Source: Saccostrea cucullata (lineage: Eukaryota). From it: 64,000 nucleotides of DNA. The stretch covers positions 372,001 through 436,000 of the forward strand of contig NW_026939309.1 of NCBI RefSeq assembly GCF_032062105.1, written 5' to 3'. This document shows, piece after piece, positions 23,101-33,100 of this stretch; positions within the stretch are counted from its first letter, which is position 1; each line of letters begins with the position of its first letter. Under the pieces are notes generated by a model. It saw nothing but the letters and a program-made list of their open reading frames with translations. It was not told the DNA's origin and searched no databases. The position numbers were made by a program, and so were the translations under genes.

Positions 23101-25893
23101 CTATATATTATATTGTAGTATATCCTAATGCATGACTATGTTTAAAATTTCAAAGCATTTCGTCAAAAAACAAAAGAGATATTGAAATCTTTGTTTCAGC
23201 CAATCAGAGGGAAGCGCACGTGCATGCACGTGAGTTCGTGCTAATTTGACCATGTCATATTATCTAGACTATTAATATATCCTTATAGAATGAGTTTCAA
23301 AGCATTTCAATAAAAACTGTAAAAGTTATGGCTATAATAAGTATATCAGTCATTTCACTCATTTCACGCGCACGCACGTGCATGCGTATGCGCGCAAAAT
23401 GACCTTCGTTGTGCACACCTACACTTGACACCTATTAACCCTAAAAAGGTTTTAACTTAGTTGGGTGAACAGTTTCTGAGAACACTTCCGGACAAAAAAA
23501 GTACCGGAGAACAAAGAAGAAAAAAAAGAATAATAATAATAATAATAATAATAAGAAACCGAGTAAAAACAATATGTTCCCAAACTCCGTTTGGGGAACA
23601 TAATTAACTTGAAAACATCTGCATCATTAGCTTTCTTAAATACTCACTCATTCTGACTCATAAAAACCATTTGAATATTTACGGAATGAAGTTTATTTTA
23701 AGGTCAGATGACACATTCCTTAAATATATGTTGTGTTTCTCTTGGTATAAATTGGGGCAGTTTACCCTTTATTAACCGCGAATTGAGCAGTTTATTAAAA
23801 AAAAGGTAAATTGCCTCAAGTTATTATATTGTATAAAATAAGTTAAAATAAGCTTCATTCATTATAATTTAATTTCAATGTAGACAATAATAAGACAACT
23901 TGTCCACTTGAAATACCTTCAAATAAAGCATATTTTAAAAGTAACGTCAAGCGGAGTGATACGTTTTTGGCGTAACCCATTGTGACGTGTTACAACTAAA
24001 ACTAAATTATTGACAAATGATATATATGTTCCATGAATGTCTCCCTCTTTGACTATTAAGGAAGATAGGTTAGTATACCGGTGGTTGATTGATTGATTTA
24101 AGGAATAACTGTCTTATTTTTCGAATTCATGAAGTGATCAATTGATTGGCTTGTGTGATAATTTGCATAAACGCCGAAGGCGTTTATGCATAAAATTATC
24201 ACACAAGCCAATCCATTGATCATCTTCATGAATTCGGAAAATCTGACAGTTATTCCTTATATTTACATGCTTTGATTCCGCCAATCCACGGGCTCCAAGC
24301 CTGCTTCTCTCTAGGTGTTGTCCCGCCCTGCATGTGTTTTTTTTGGAACCGCGCCAAAAGATTCATGAGGAAATAAATTACATTTACAATTGGTAATTTT
24401 ATCTCGGACAAAGACATTGGAAATGTAAATATTGTTGGGTATTCCGGTAGAAAATGCCGGACCAGGAGTGTTCGAAATGTGTTTCTCTTCTTACCTCATC
24501 CCTTGCAGTAATATCTGCTCCTTTTTGTAAGAGTATTTTTTGAACCACGTGATTTCTATTTTTAGCTGCTTTAATCAAAGGTGTGGCACCGTCATCCTTG
24601 AAATTATAGAAAAAAATATAGAATGTTTATTTTATTTCAGTTCATTTTTTTTTTTAATCTAGTCATGCTATATAATTGTTGTAGGTTTTGTAACGATGCA
24701 AATGTAATAACAACGCGAAAAATAATAAATTGGGATTGACATACATTTTCCGTTAATATATGTTAATGTAAAATATATGTAATTACGCAAAATGTAATTA
24801 GCCTGATTTACGATATATTGTGTTGTTGTTACATTTCGTGTTGTAACAAAGCTTCATTAAAATAAAACGTGAATTTTTAAATTGCAACCGTATTGCTAAC
24901 ATCCTCTCTCTAGTAAGTTTTTACTTTTTTTCTTCATTAAAAGTGGATTGTTTGTTTACAATGTATCACTTTTGACAAAAAAAGTAAAAGATAAAACGGA
25001 TACCGAATTTCCCCAAACGCTCCCCAACTCCCTTTTGGAGCCATATTCCCTGTAAGCTTCATTAAATAAGACAAACTCTATTCTCTCTACAAAGAAGTTA
25101 TTAAATTATTTTTTTTTCATTCAAGTGTATGTTTGATTTTACTCATTTCACGTACACGCACGTGTAAACATGAGCATGGTGACCATACATTCTTGTAGAA
25201 GTCCATTACATTTACTTTTGACAAAAAATAGCTGTTTAAAAGCCAAAGATGCAGCACATGTACACGCACGTGCATGCATGTGCATGGTGACCATACTTGC
25301 TTGTAGAAGTCCATTATATCTGCATGTTCCAAATCCCATCCTGTTTGGTCGAAAACCAAGGGAGTTATAGCTGTTTAAAGTTTCAGCCAATCAGATTGAG
25401 AGATGCACGTGTTTTCATAATAATTGCTTTATTTCATCTTTGGATATCCTAATGTGGCTATGTTCAAAATTTCAAATCAAAAAACAAGAAAGATATTGAG
25501 ACTTTAGTTGCAGCCAATCAGAGCGAAGTGCACGTGCATGCGCGTCTTTCTATTTTCACCAAGTCTATACTACTAATATATCCTCACATTATGAGTTTCA
25601 AAGCATTTCATCTAAAAATAGAACAGTTGTGGCTATATCTATTATATTGGTCATTTCACGTGTTGCACGTGCACGTTTCTACATAACATGTTTAACCCTA
25701 AAAAGGTTTTACCTACAGGAACAGTTTACAAGATCATTCCCGGACAAAAAATTTTACAATGTTCCCCAACTTCATTATTGGCGGCGAGTGAAGCTCGGCA
25801 GTTGACGCTTGCGCCCTGCGAGATCAGAATCTCTATCATCTTGGTGTGGCCTTTATCCACCGCCTCCAAGAGTTGTCTTTCCTTCAAAGTCAT
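14105..25893 (-). CDS. Ankyrin(4)-ZU5-ZU5-UPA-death domain x2 protein with acidic tail (PIDD1/ankyrin-like architecture); ~982 aa if a 1-bp insertion at 16480-16482 is removed
   Basis: GT-AG exons: 25893-25771, 24596-24495, 22185-22087, 20413-20315, 20194-20103, 18863-18512, 18403-18197, 18065-17764, 17662-17154, 17033-16876, 16601-16474, 16205-16042, 15357-15233, 14594-14105; phases agree at every junction except 16474/16205. Ankyrin exons include GATPLIKAA, GLSAIHYTA and GCTPLHYAA. ZU5-like segments end in SHFST. Death domains are LGQEWVQFCVLLGV...ILLEWRK...GRKDV and FQNLGVSLGIS...LIKAL. A UTR exon at 26294-26238 and another ending at 26431 are predicted. Confidence 0.82.
15480..15870 (-). 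pseudogene. Decayed tandem copy of the 15357-15233 exon and its flanks
   Basis: CGGCGTCTTTATTTTCACTGG, the ATG|GTATTT donor and the intronic flanks (AAGGTCACAATGACGA, TCAAGGAAATTTTC) occur twice. The upstream copy has an early stop. Confidence 0.6.
19185..20030 (+). mobile_element. Decayed Penelope-like RT fragment in an intron, interrupted by a ~200-bp insert
   Basis: YVVVGDQIFKQTVGIPMGIYCAPLLADLFLYS...FNATFGYIEAVLSI is a degenerate GIPMG / YIDD region. Homology resumes after ~19590 with ELVIK...FFIVN...PAYGV. Confidence 0.75.
20535..20665 (+). repeat. Copy of the Penelope-like 3' terminal motif
   Basis: GCTTACTTCTCCATGGCACCTGTTCCCACCTCCGATGTTTTGGAGGTCCTTGTTTGCTC. Confidence 0.55.
21172..21241 (-). 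mobile_element. 3' tail fragment of the SINE family seen at 3386-3735
   Basis: Reverse complement CGTCTCCATATGAGTGAAAAATTCTCGAGAAGGGCGTTAAACAATATACAATC matches 3676-3725. Confidence 0.7.
21320..21520 (-). repeat. Copy of the Penelope-like 3' terminal region
   Basis: Reverse complement contains CACGGCGGGTGTGACCGATCGGCAGGG...GGCACCTGATCCAACCTCTG. Confidence 0.6.
21590..22097. repeat. Intronic minisatellite (~62-66-bp unit, ~8 copies) overlapping the donor of the 22185-22087 exon
   Basis: Unit GAGCCTGATATTTACCACATCTCTGGATATGAGAAGTAACATGGTGGTGATAATTTGGATGA; period 62 between 21841 and 21903. Confidence 0.85.
22599..23605 (-). mobile_element. Helentron-associated non-autonomous element (HINE-like)
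   Basis: One end has AACTAG, the hairpin TGTAACGGGAACCGTTACA and subterminal ATGTTCCCCAAACG. The other end has an (AAT)n microsatellite and the palindrome ATGTTCCCAAACTCCGTTTGGGGAACAT. Internal GCACGTGCATGC subrepeats. Confidence 0.7.
24099..24259. mobile_element. 161-bp palindromic (hairpin) mini-element
   Basis: TAAGGAATAACTGTC...GAATTCATGAAG...GATTGGCTTGTGTGATAATTT pairs with its reverse complement ending GACAGTTATTCCTTA. The loop region is CGCC-GAA-GGCG. Confidence 0.8.
25008..25773 (-). mobile_element. Second, truncated copy of the 22599-23605 Helentron-associated element
   Basis: TTCCCCAAACGCTCCCCAACTCCCTTTT...AAATCCCATCCTGTTTGGT...CAGCCAATCAGA...TAACCCTAAAAAGGTTTT...CCGGACAAAAA is collinear with 22636-23500. 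It ends at ATGTTCCCCAACT. Confidence 0.75.
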
Positions 25894-26430
25894 CTCGTAT
25901 CTGCTGGGTCTGCGTCTTCTACTTTTGTTCAAGGAGACTGAAAATTTAAAACGCTTCATTATTAAGGAAGTCCGTACTATAGTATCAGAACACCCCCGAG
26001 GTCTAGACTTTTGCAGCAAAAACTAATCGGGAGTATGATGCTCTCTACCTTATGTATATTTACGAACCATTGTGTTGCTTTAATTATTAATCTTATTCCT
26101 CTTATCGGTTCAACATTTGATAAAATTGTGTTTTTGACGTCGTTTGCAACTGAATTCAGTTATAAATATTTCCATTTGACAGCTTTCGATTTGGATGTAA
26201 ACTCGACATGACTTACGGGACCCTCGTTTATACTTACCAAGTCCAGGTGAGGTTATATATCTTGGACAGATATTCAGCTGTTTTTAAACAAGCTCTGTGG
26301 AACAAAAAAAAATAAGGCATTGATTTTCACAACTTAATCTGTAAGCAGTGCAAAACAAATATTAGACACAGATATTTAAAGAATTTTAAACGAATAATTG
26401 GAAAATATCACGAGAGAGTACTCCACTTAC

Positions 26431-27182
26431 CTTTCATGTTAAAATATCTCTCAAACGTTTAGATGTTTTAATATGAAGTAGGGCCAGTAGTCATGCTGAA
26501 TACCTCGATGTGGTCTGTGGTGAAACTATTGACACTACTCCACAATCAATCTAACGGCCTTGAGGATCTGCCTACGTCTAGCAGACAAGAAATCATTTCT
26601 ATCACAAGATTTAAAGCCTTCTTGTTTTTTACTTTGACCAAAAAGAACATATACATACAAAAGGTTGTTAGAATATCTAAAATGAAATAAATTAGTCTCT
26701 GATTAAAGAGCACATTTTAAATGCTTTTGACACGAAGTGTCACCTTGTCTATAAACTAAGTCATATGTGCATAATGAACCGCTCATAAAAAATAGTTGAT
26801 ATCAACCTTCCATTTAAATGCTTCTATAGATGAACCCACGGATGTGTTTTGCCGAACAAACAACGATTTACCGGATGAATAGAATGCACACAAGTATAAG
26901 ACACTAAAGAATTAAATGTAAGGACGGGGAAGCGTTTAAGTAAATAATATACAGAATGTACGTTAGTTAAATAGAGTTCTGTGTACAGAGTCGATCAATA
27001 ATGGCCGAAATAGAAGATTGAAGTATAGATATCAAATTATTATCATTTTTGTTGTACGAACAGGCTAAAATTGATCTTGGCAACGAGGACGCCGATTCTG
27101 CGCAGTGAGGTATTTTTGGTCAGTACAACAGTGAACGGGAAAGACAGATATGGGTATAGGATAGAAAGCAGATTTATGTGAA
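26431..27182. promoter_or_regulatory. Candidate shared (bidirectional) promoter / 5'-UTR region of the two ankyrin genes
   Basis: Minus-strand donors AG|GTAAGT at 26431 and G|GTAAGT at 26238, with the plus-strand start ATGGG|GTACGT at 27183. The predicted start codons are ~1.3 kb apart. No TSS data. Confidence 0.45.
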
Positions 27183-30100
27183 ATGGGGTACGTGTCGATC
27201 GTTATTTAGTTTTTTAACCTAACAATGCACATTAATAGTAGGTATCCTTTGATAATTTTATATTGTTTCTAGCTTTGATAACAGTAAGCCTACTCATTTT
27301 TTTTTCCGGAAGGATCTTAACACTTAGGTGTCAACGTTCAAAATGAACGATAAACATCAAAATGTCAATACAGTACTAAATGCATATGGATCAAATTATT
27401 TAAGCGATAAATCTTTGTAAAGAGGCTTCATAAACTTATCATGCGATTGCACTCTCAAATTATAAAAAAGAATTACATAATAACCCTAAAGACAGTGCCT
27501 GGTCAAAATGACATATCTACATGAATATAAAAGGTTGTATTTTTTATCACTGATCACATAGTTGCCAAGAGGTTGAGTTGATGATATTATTTACAGAGTA
27601 ATCGACAAGGCGCCAGGGTATGGCGAGGACGGGTTGTACTCGTTCTCTTCCCGCCCGATCACCCCGAGGGACAAAGCCGGGGACCTCCTGGTCAAGTTCC
27701 AAGCTGTCAGCAGAACCCAGCAAACCTTCACACACCACTACATCTCCGTGAATTCCAAAGATAATCTGTCGCAGGTCCGTCGCAGTATTCAACATTACTT
27801 CGAAGAATACTTCGAAAGGGGGTTCATTTTCTTGTGTAAGACGAAAGAAATCCTGAAATCAGACGAAAAGACGACTACCGTTTTTGACATTCTTCCTAAA
27901 ATTCCTCAGATGAGACAAACTGATACCGGCAGGTCCAATCAAAAATGGCAACTCCCGAAGGAAAAATTTAGATACCCGGATGTAGAGTACAAAAGGGTAT
28001 GACATAAAAATTTAGATACCTGGATGCAGAGTACAAAAGGGTATGACATAAAAATTGAATTTTAAGCTATTTGTTACTCTATTTTAAATTCATGCTCCAA
28101 ATTTGCATTTGAAGGTTGCGCACTCGTATGAGGGAAAGCGCTACATTGTAATGTGCGCCTGTGTGATTTTTCTGTACGAGCGGAGTAAAGTCAGCCACTG
28201 GCCTCCACAAGAACTGCATCAACAGCTGTGTGAAAACCTTTTGGAGGGATTTTCCTTCATACCAACCGATATCATGTCCTGGAAACCAAAACTCTTGGGT
28301 AATATATCATAATTTAAATAACCAGAAATCGATTGATTATATCATTTATCAATAGTATCTTTAAAATACAAAATGACCCCTTTCTGTCTTTTAGAGCTAA
28401 AAGCAACATCCCTTCATATACATGCTGCATGTGGAAACATAAAGAAATTGGAGCAGGCTCTTCAGAAACTTCCATACACGCCTAAAATATGCGACATTTG
28501 TGATGAACGAAATGCAACACCACTTCATTATGCCGCTGAAAATGGAAAATTGGATGCATGTGAAATTCTCATTAATGGCATAGGGAGAGACCAGATATTT
28601 ACCAAAGACATGAATAATAAATCCCCATTACACTGTGCTCTATACAGAAGAAGAAGAGAAGTAGCAGTATACCTTCTCCAGCTGAACTCAGAAGTCCTTG
28701 ACGATGATAACTTAGGAAACGACTGCATTGATCTGCTCCTTTTTCAGAGTGATGCTGATATAGAGTATATCGCTTCTAAAATAGAACCCCTATCTCTCAG
28801 TAAACACCTTCAGTTTTACTTGTGTTATATTATGCTTGTGTTGAAAAAAGAAAAACATGCTCTTCGGCTATTAGCGTTGCTTCCTGATTATGACGAAGAA
28901 GATAAAAGACTGGATGAGATCGACTGTTCCCTGCTACATTTGTCATCCACATTGAGTCCAGAGCTTACACAGCTTTTATTGAAAAAGCGTTTTCCAAAGT
29001 ATAAGAAAAATATAGAGGGTGACCTACCTTTTCATTTAGCTTGTCAATATGGAAAAGTGGAACAAGTGCACTTACTCTATGATAAGAGTTTTCAGGAAAG
29101 TGATTTGAATAAAGGCATCCAAAAAGCTCTAAAAAATTGTCACTATGGGGTATGTTTTGCTATCTTTAAGATTCGAAGTAATCTTGCACTTTATGAATCG
29201 ACAGTATGCATGATCATGCAATCATTAAAGAAAGCATTTGAGGGATATCGGAAAGGATTCAAAAGATGCAGATATGTTGAATCTGTGGCAGAGCAATTAT
29301 TGCCTTTACTGAGTTGCCAAAATGCAGCATCTGAAAGGTATGTGTTTGAATCCGCATCTCTTGGCCTTCATAAAATACTGGTTCTTCTGAAATCCCTAGG
29401 AATACCATTTGACTTATCAGATGAAATGAACAGAACACCTTTGCATGAAGCTTGTCAGAACAATCATAGTGAATGTGTAAAAGTGCTTTTGGAAGCGGGT
29501 GTAAATCCAAATCCCACAGACTGGCGTGGTGCCACGCCTTTGCACTATGCCTGTGAAAAAGGACACGAAACCATAGTAAATATGTTACTGCATTCAGATC
29601 ACGTGGATGTTAGCATACAGGATGACAGCGGAAAAACTCCATTGATGACTGCCATTTACAGAAATCGACAGAGGGTGGTCAGAGTCCTTCTTCAGAAATA
29701 TGCCAGTCGGTGCAATTTGAAGGCTGTCGACAAGTTGGGTCAAAACATACTTCATTATTTGCCATTAATTGATGAAGATCTAGAAGACGTCGTCATACAA
29801 CAATTCAAAACAGAAACAGAACAGATTTATCAGAAAAAACGAGAAAATATAGTTCAGAAGCAAAAAGAAAGGAACATCGTGTGGAATGAATCGATGAACT
29901 TTACAAATTTTTGCAGATTTGATCGTCCTTTTCGAGAATTTAGTAAGAGGGAAGGTCCATTCCAATACGATGATGAAAAAGAGAAAACATGGAACAAACT
30001 CTGGTCACTTCATTCCAAAGTATCTGAGTTGATCAGTAGTCCAACTAAGCGATACCAAAAATGTCAAAAATGTGGGGATATTATTAAAAGTAACTCAAAG

Positions 30101-33100
30101 CATCCTTGTGAGGAGGAAAACGCCGAAAGTAAAGAAAGCTATGTAGAATTAAGGGCTTTTGAGTACAAGTGTCATGAAAAAGTAGCTTTCAATACGCCAC
30201 TGGAATGTGCTCTTAAAACTGGAAGAATAACAACAATGAAGAAACTAACTCAGAATTTCCCAAACCTTTTGAAGGATACTGATAATTTCGAAAGGTCTCT
30301 TATAGACTTTGCAATTCAACAGTATTCCTTTAAGATCATTAAGTCGGTAATTGACGTTGTAAAACCTAAAGCTGACTTTCTGTATCGTTTGATGATGGTT
30401 TCAAAGAATGAAAAAATAGCAGTTATGCAAAAAGTGTTGGAACACTTCATGCAGTCAGTAATGATTGCAAGTGACATCCCAGAACCCGTAGATGTTATCC
30501 ATGAACTATGTGAAAAAAGGCGATATTATAAAATTTTGATTTCAGAAACTTGGTGTTTAGAATTAAACTGTGGTTATAACTGTAATCTAAAGAGCTTTTT
30601 ACCAGTTGAAGCTGCTGTTATCCTGCAAAATTTTCCGCTTTTCAAGGTTATACTCGAAAAAACAAAAGATGATGATTTGGGAATTGCTTTACACCTAGCA
30701 GTATATTATGGCCAATCTCGGTTCATCGATGCCATATTGAAGAAGAAACATAAACGTGAAATAAGCAAAGAAATGCAAGAAATAGAAAATATGTACATCC
30801 TTGACATAGCATGTCGATCTCCTTACATCAGTGAGGACGTTTTTGAGACTTTAATAAAATATCACCCAGATGTCTTAAAATCTCGAGATATTTTTATGTG
30901 TGACGGTCTGCCAAGAGACGACCTCTCAGCAGACGATCTGCCAGAAGACGATCTGTCACAAGACGATTTGTCAAAATTAAGACCTTATCTCTGGTGGAGC
31001 ATGAAACTCTGTTGGATGTCGGAAAAAACAACTTTAGCAAAAATTTTATCTTCCAGTCACAGGTTTCGCTTCAGAGGATTGAGGTCAAGGGACAAATCGA
31101 TTTTCGATAAAATGGGTTGTTTTCTTATCAAGTCCGGTGTTCCACTGGGAAAATTTAAAAACTTCGAGGATTCTTCCGATTTATATGTGCATGGCATATG
31201 TGAAGCGTTTATTCTTGCTTTAGAATCCGGCCACTTTTATTCTGCAGTCCTGATGCTACAGAGAGAAGGGCATCTTCTATGGCACTGTGCACTTTCCTCA
31301 AATAAATGTCAAATCCAAAAACAGTTAAACAGAACTTGGCGATCAAATTTTTGTGACAAGGAAAAATGTTAAGTTAGAGTACATCAAGTATGTCCTAGCT
31401 TACGCGTGCCTAAAACAAGTCCCGGAAAATATTTTGCAGAGTTTGATACAGACAGGTAGGGAGATAGAGGGAATGAAGACAACTGAAATACTGACAAAAG
31501 AATTTGAAGTATCCAATAGGTTGTACTGTCTTGCCGAGTGCAAAAGTCCACTGGAAAAGATTATAAGATGCGTGGTAGAAATTACTACCGGGGGGCAATT
31601 TGTGGATGAAATGTACCTAAGGAAACGACGAAAAAAAATCAAAAACTTTGAGATCATTCGATTACTTAAGTTAGCCCCGAGAGTTGTGACCACTTTCAGT
31701 AAATATGACATGAAAGGGCTGTTCGAAAAAGTGGTTTCTGAAGAGGAGATCAGAATATTACGAGATACTACAGTTATGATGAATCTCTCAGATCAGCCTA
31801 ACAATATAAATTTTCCACCCGGTACTACACTACTTCATTTGGGATCCTGCACAGGAAACGTTGAATTCGTCAAAATGATTTTACAGGTATAGATACTTTC
31901 GCAAGGATAAAAATTGAATTTTTACTAGAAAAACGCGTTCAATTAAAGTTAATTAAAATCTGATAATTGTATTTGTCAGGCACCTCTCGCGGTGAATGTT
32001 GACGCCAAGACCAGTAACGGTGTAAGAGCTTTAGACCTAGCTGTAATTTATGGATCATGGGATATCTACAAACTTCTGGTTGGACATAATGCCAAATTTA
32101 CCGTAGACACTATCGTTGCCTGTTGCTCAGATGAACGATTCAAACAAGTAGAAATTTGGACAAGGAAGATTCGCTATCTATGTTCGAGTGAGAAACCCTC
32201 ACCTAAAGCAAAGAAAAAAATATTGATGGATTTGTATGAACGGTATGTATACACAATAATTAGAGGTAATAGTATTGATGATGGAGCAAAATAAGAAACC
32301 TAAAACTTGAACAATCTATTTTAATGCAGAAACAAGATTGACTTGAATTTCTTCAGCCAAGAGATCGGTGGTCCTCTCTACAATGCTATTGATTGTCATC
32401 TAGATGAGATAGTGCTTTATCTAGTCGATACCAACCCATCTCTGCTTGTGAGGGCGCTGAACTCCAACACGTATGTACATTTGGGATTTTCTCTGAAATA
32501 TTGCCGTATTACAACACCAAAGCACGTAATACTTTTCCGTAAAAAATAATTGCAATAATAGTGTATCCTCTACAAATAATAAAACTTGAATTTATTTTTT
32601 CTGTCACCGAGGTTTGTCTATAAAAACATGACTTCCCATATTAATTCAAATAATTCGCATTTTTTGGACTACTCTCTTCATATAAACAATTATGGAATTT
32701 ACATTGAAACACCATACTATAATAAACTATGAAAGTATTTTTTAAAATGATTTATAGGACTGTGCTACAATTATTTTAATCTCAATAAAATTTGCTTTTG
32801 TACAAATGTCTTTTACAAAAAGAAGCTTTTAGCTGAAAAAAATGAATGACAAAATACCCTAAATATTTTCCTATTTTCAATCTGAAAAAGAGAGATGGAA
32901 TGTATTTCCTGAAGAAAAAAATGTGCAAAATATAGCAGAAATATAATGCCTCTGGTCGATTGTAACATTTTTATTAAAGTCTTTGCATTCTTAAACTAGC
33001 CAATATATTTTCAGAGACATTGTTGCACAGCTGCAGAAGTGCAAAGAAGGGACAGTTGCGCATGTGTACACCGCCCTGATAAGTCATTTTGGTAAGCTTG

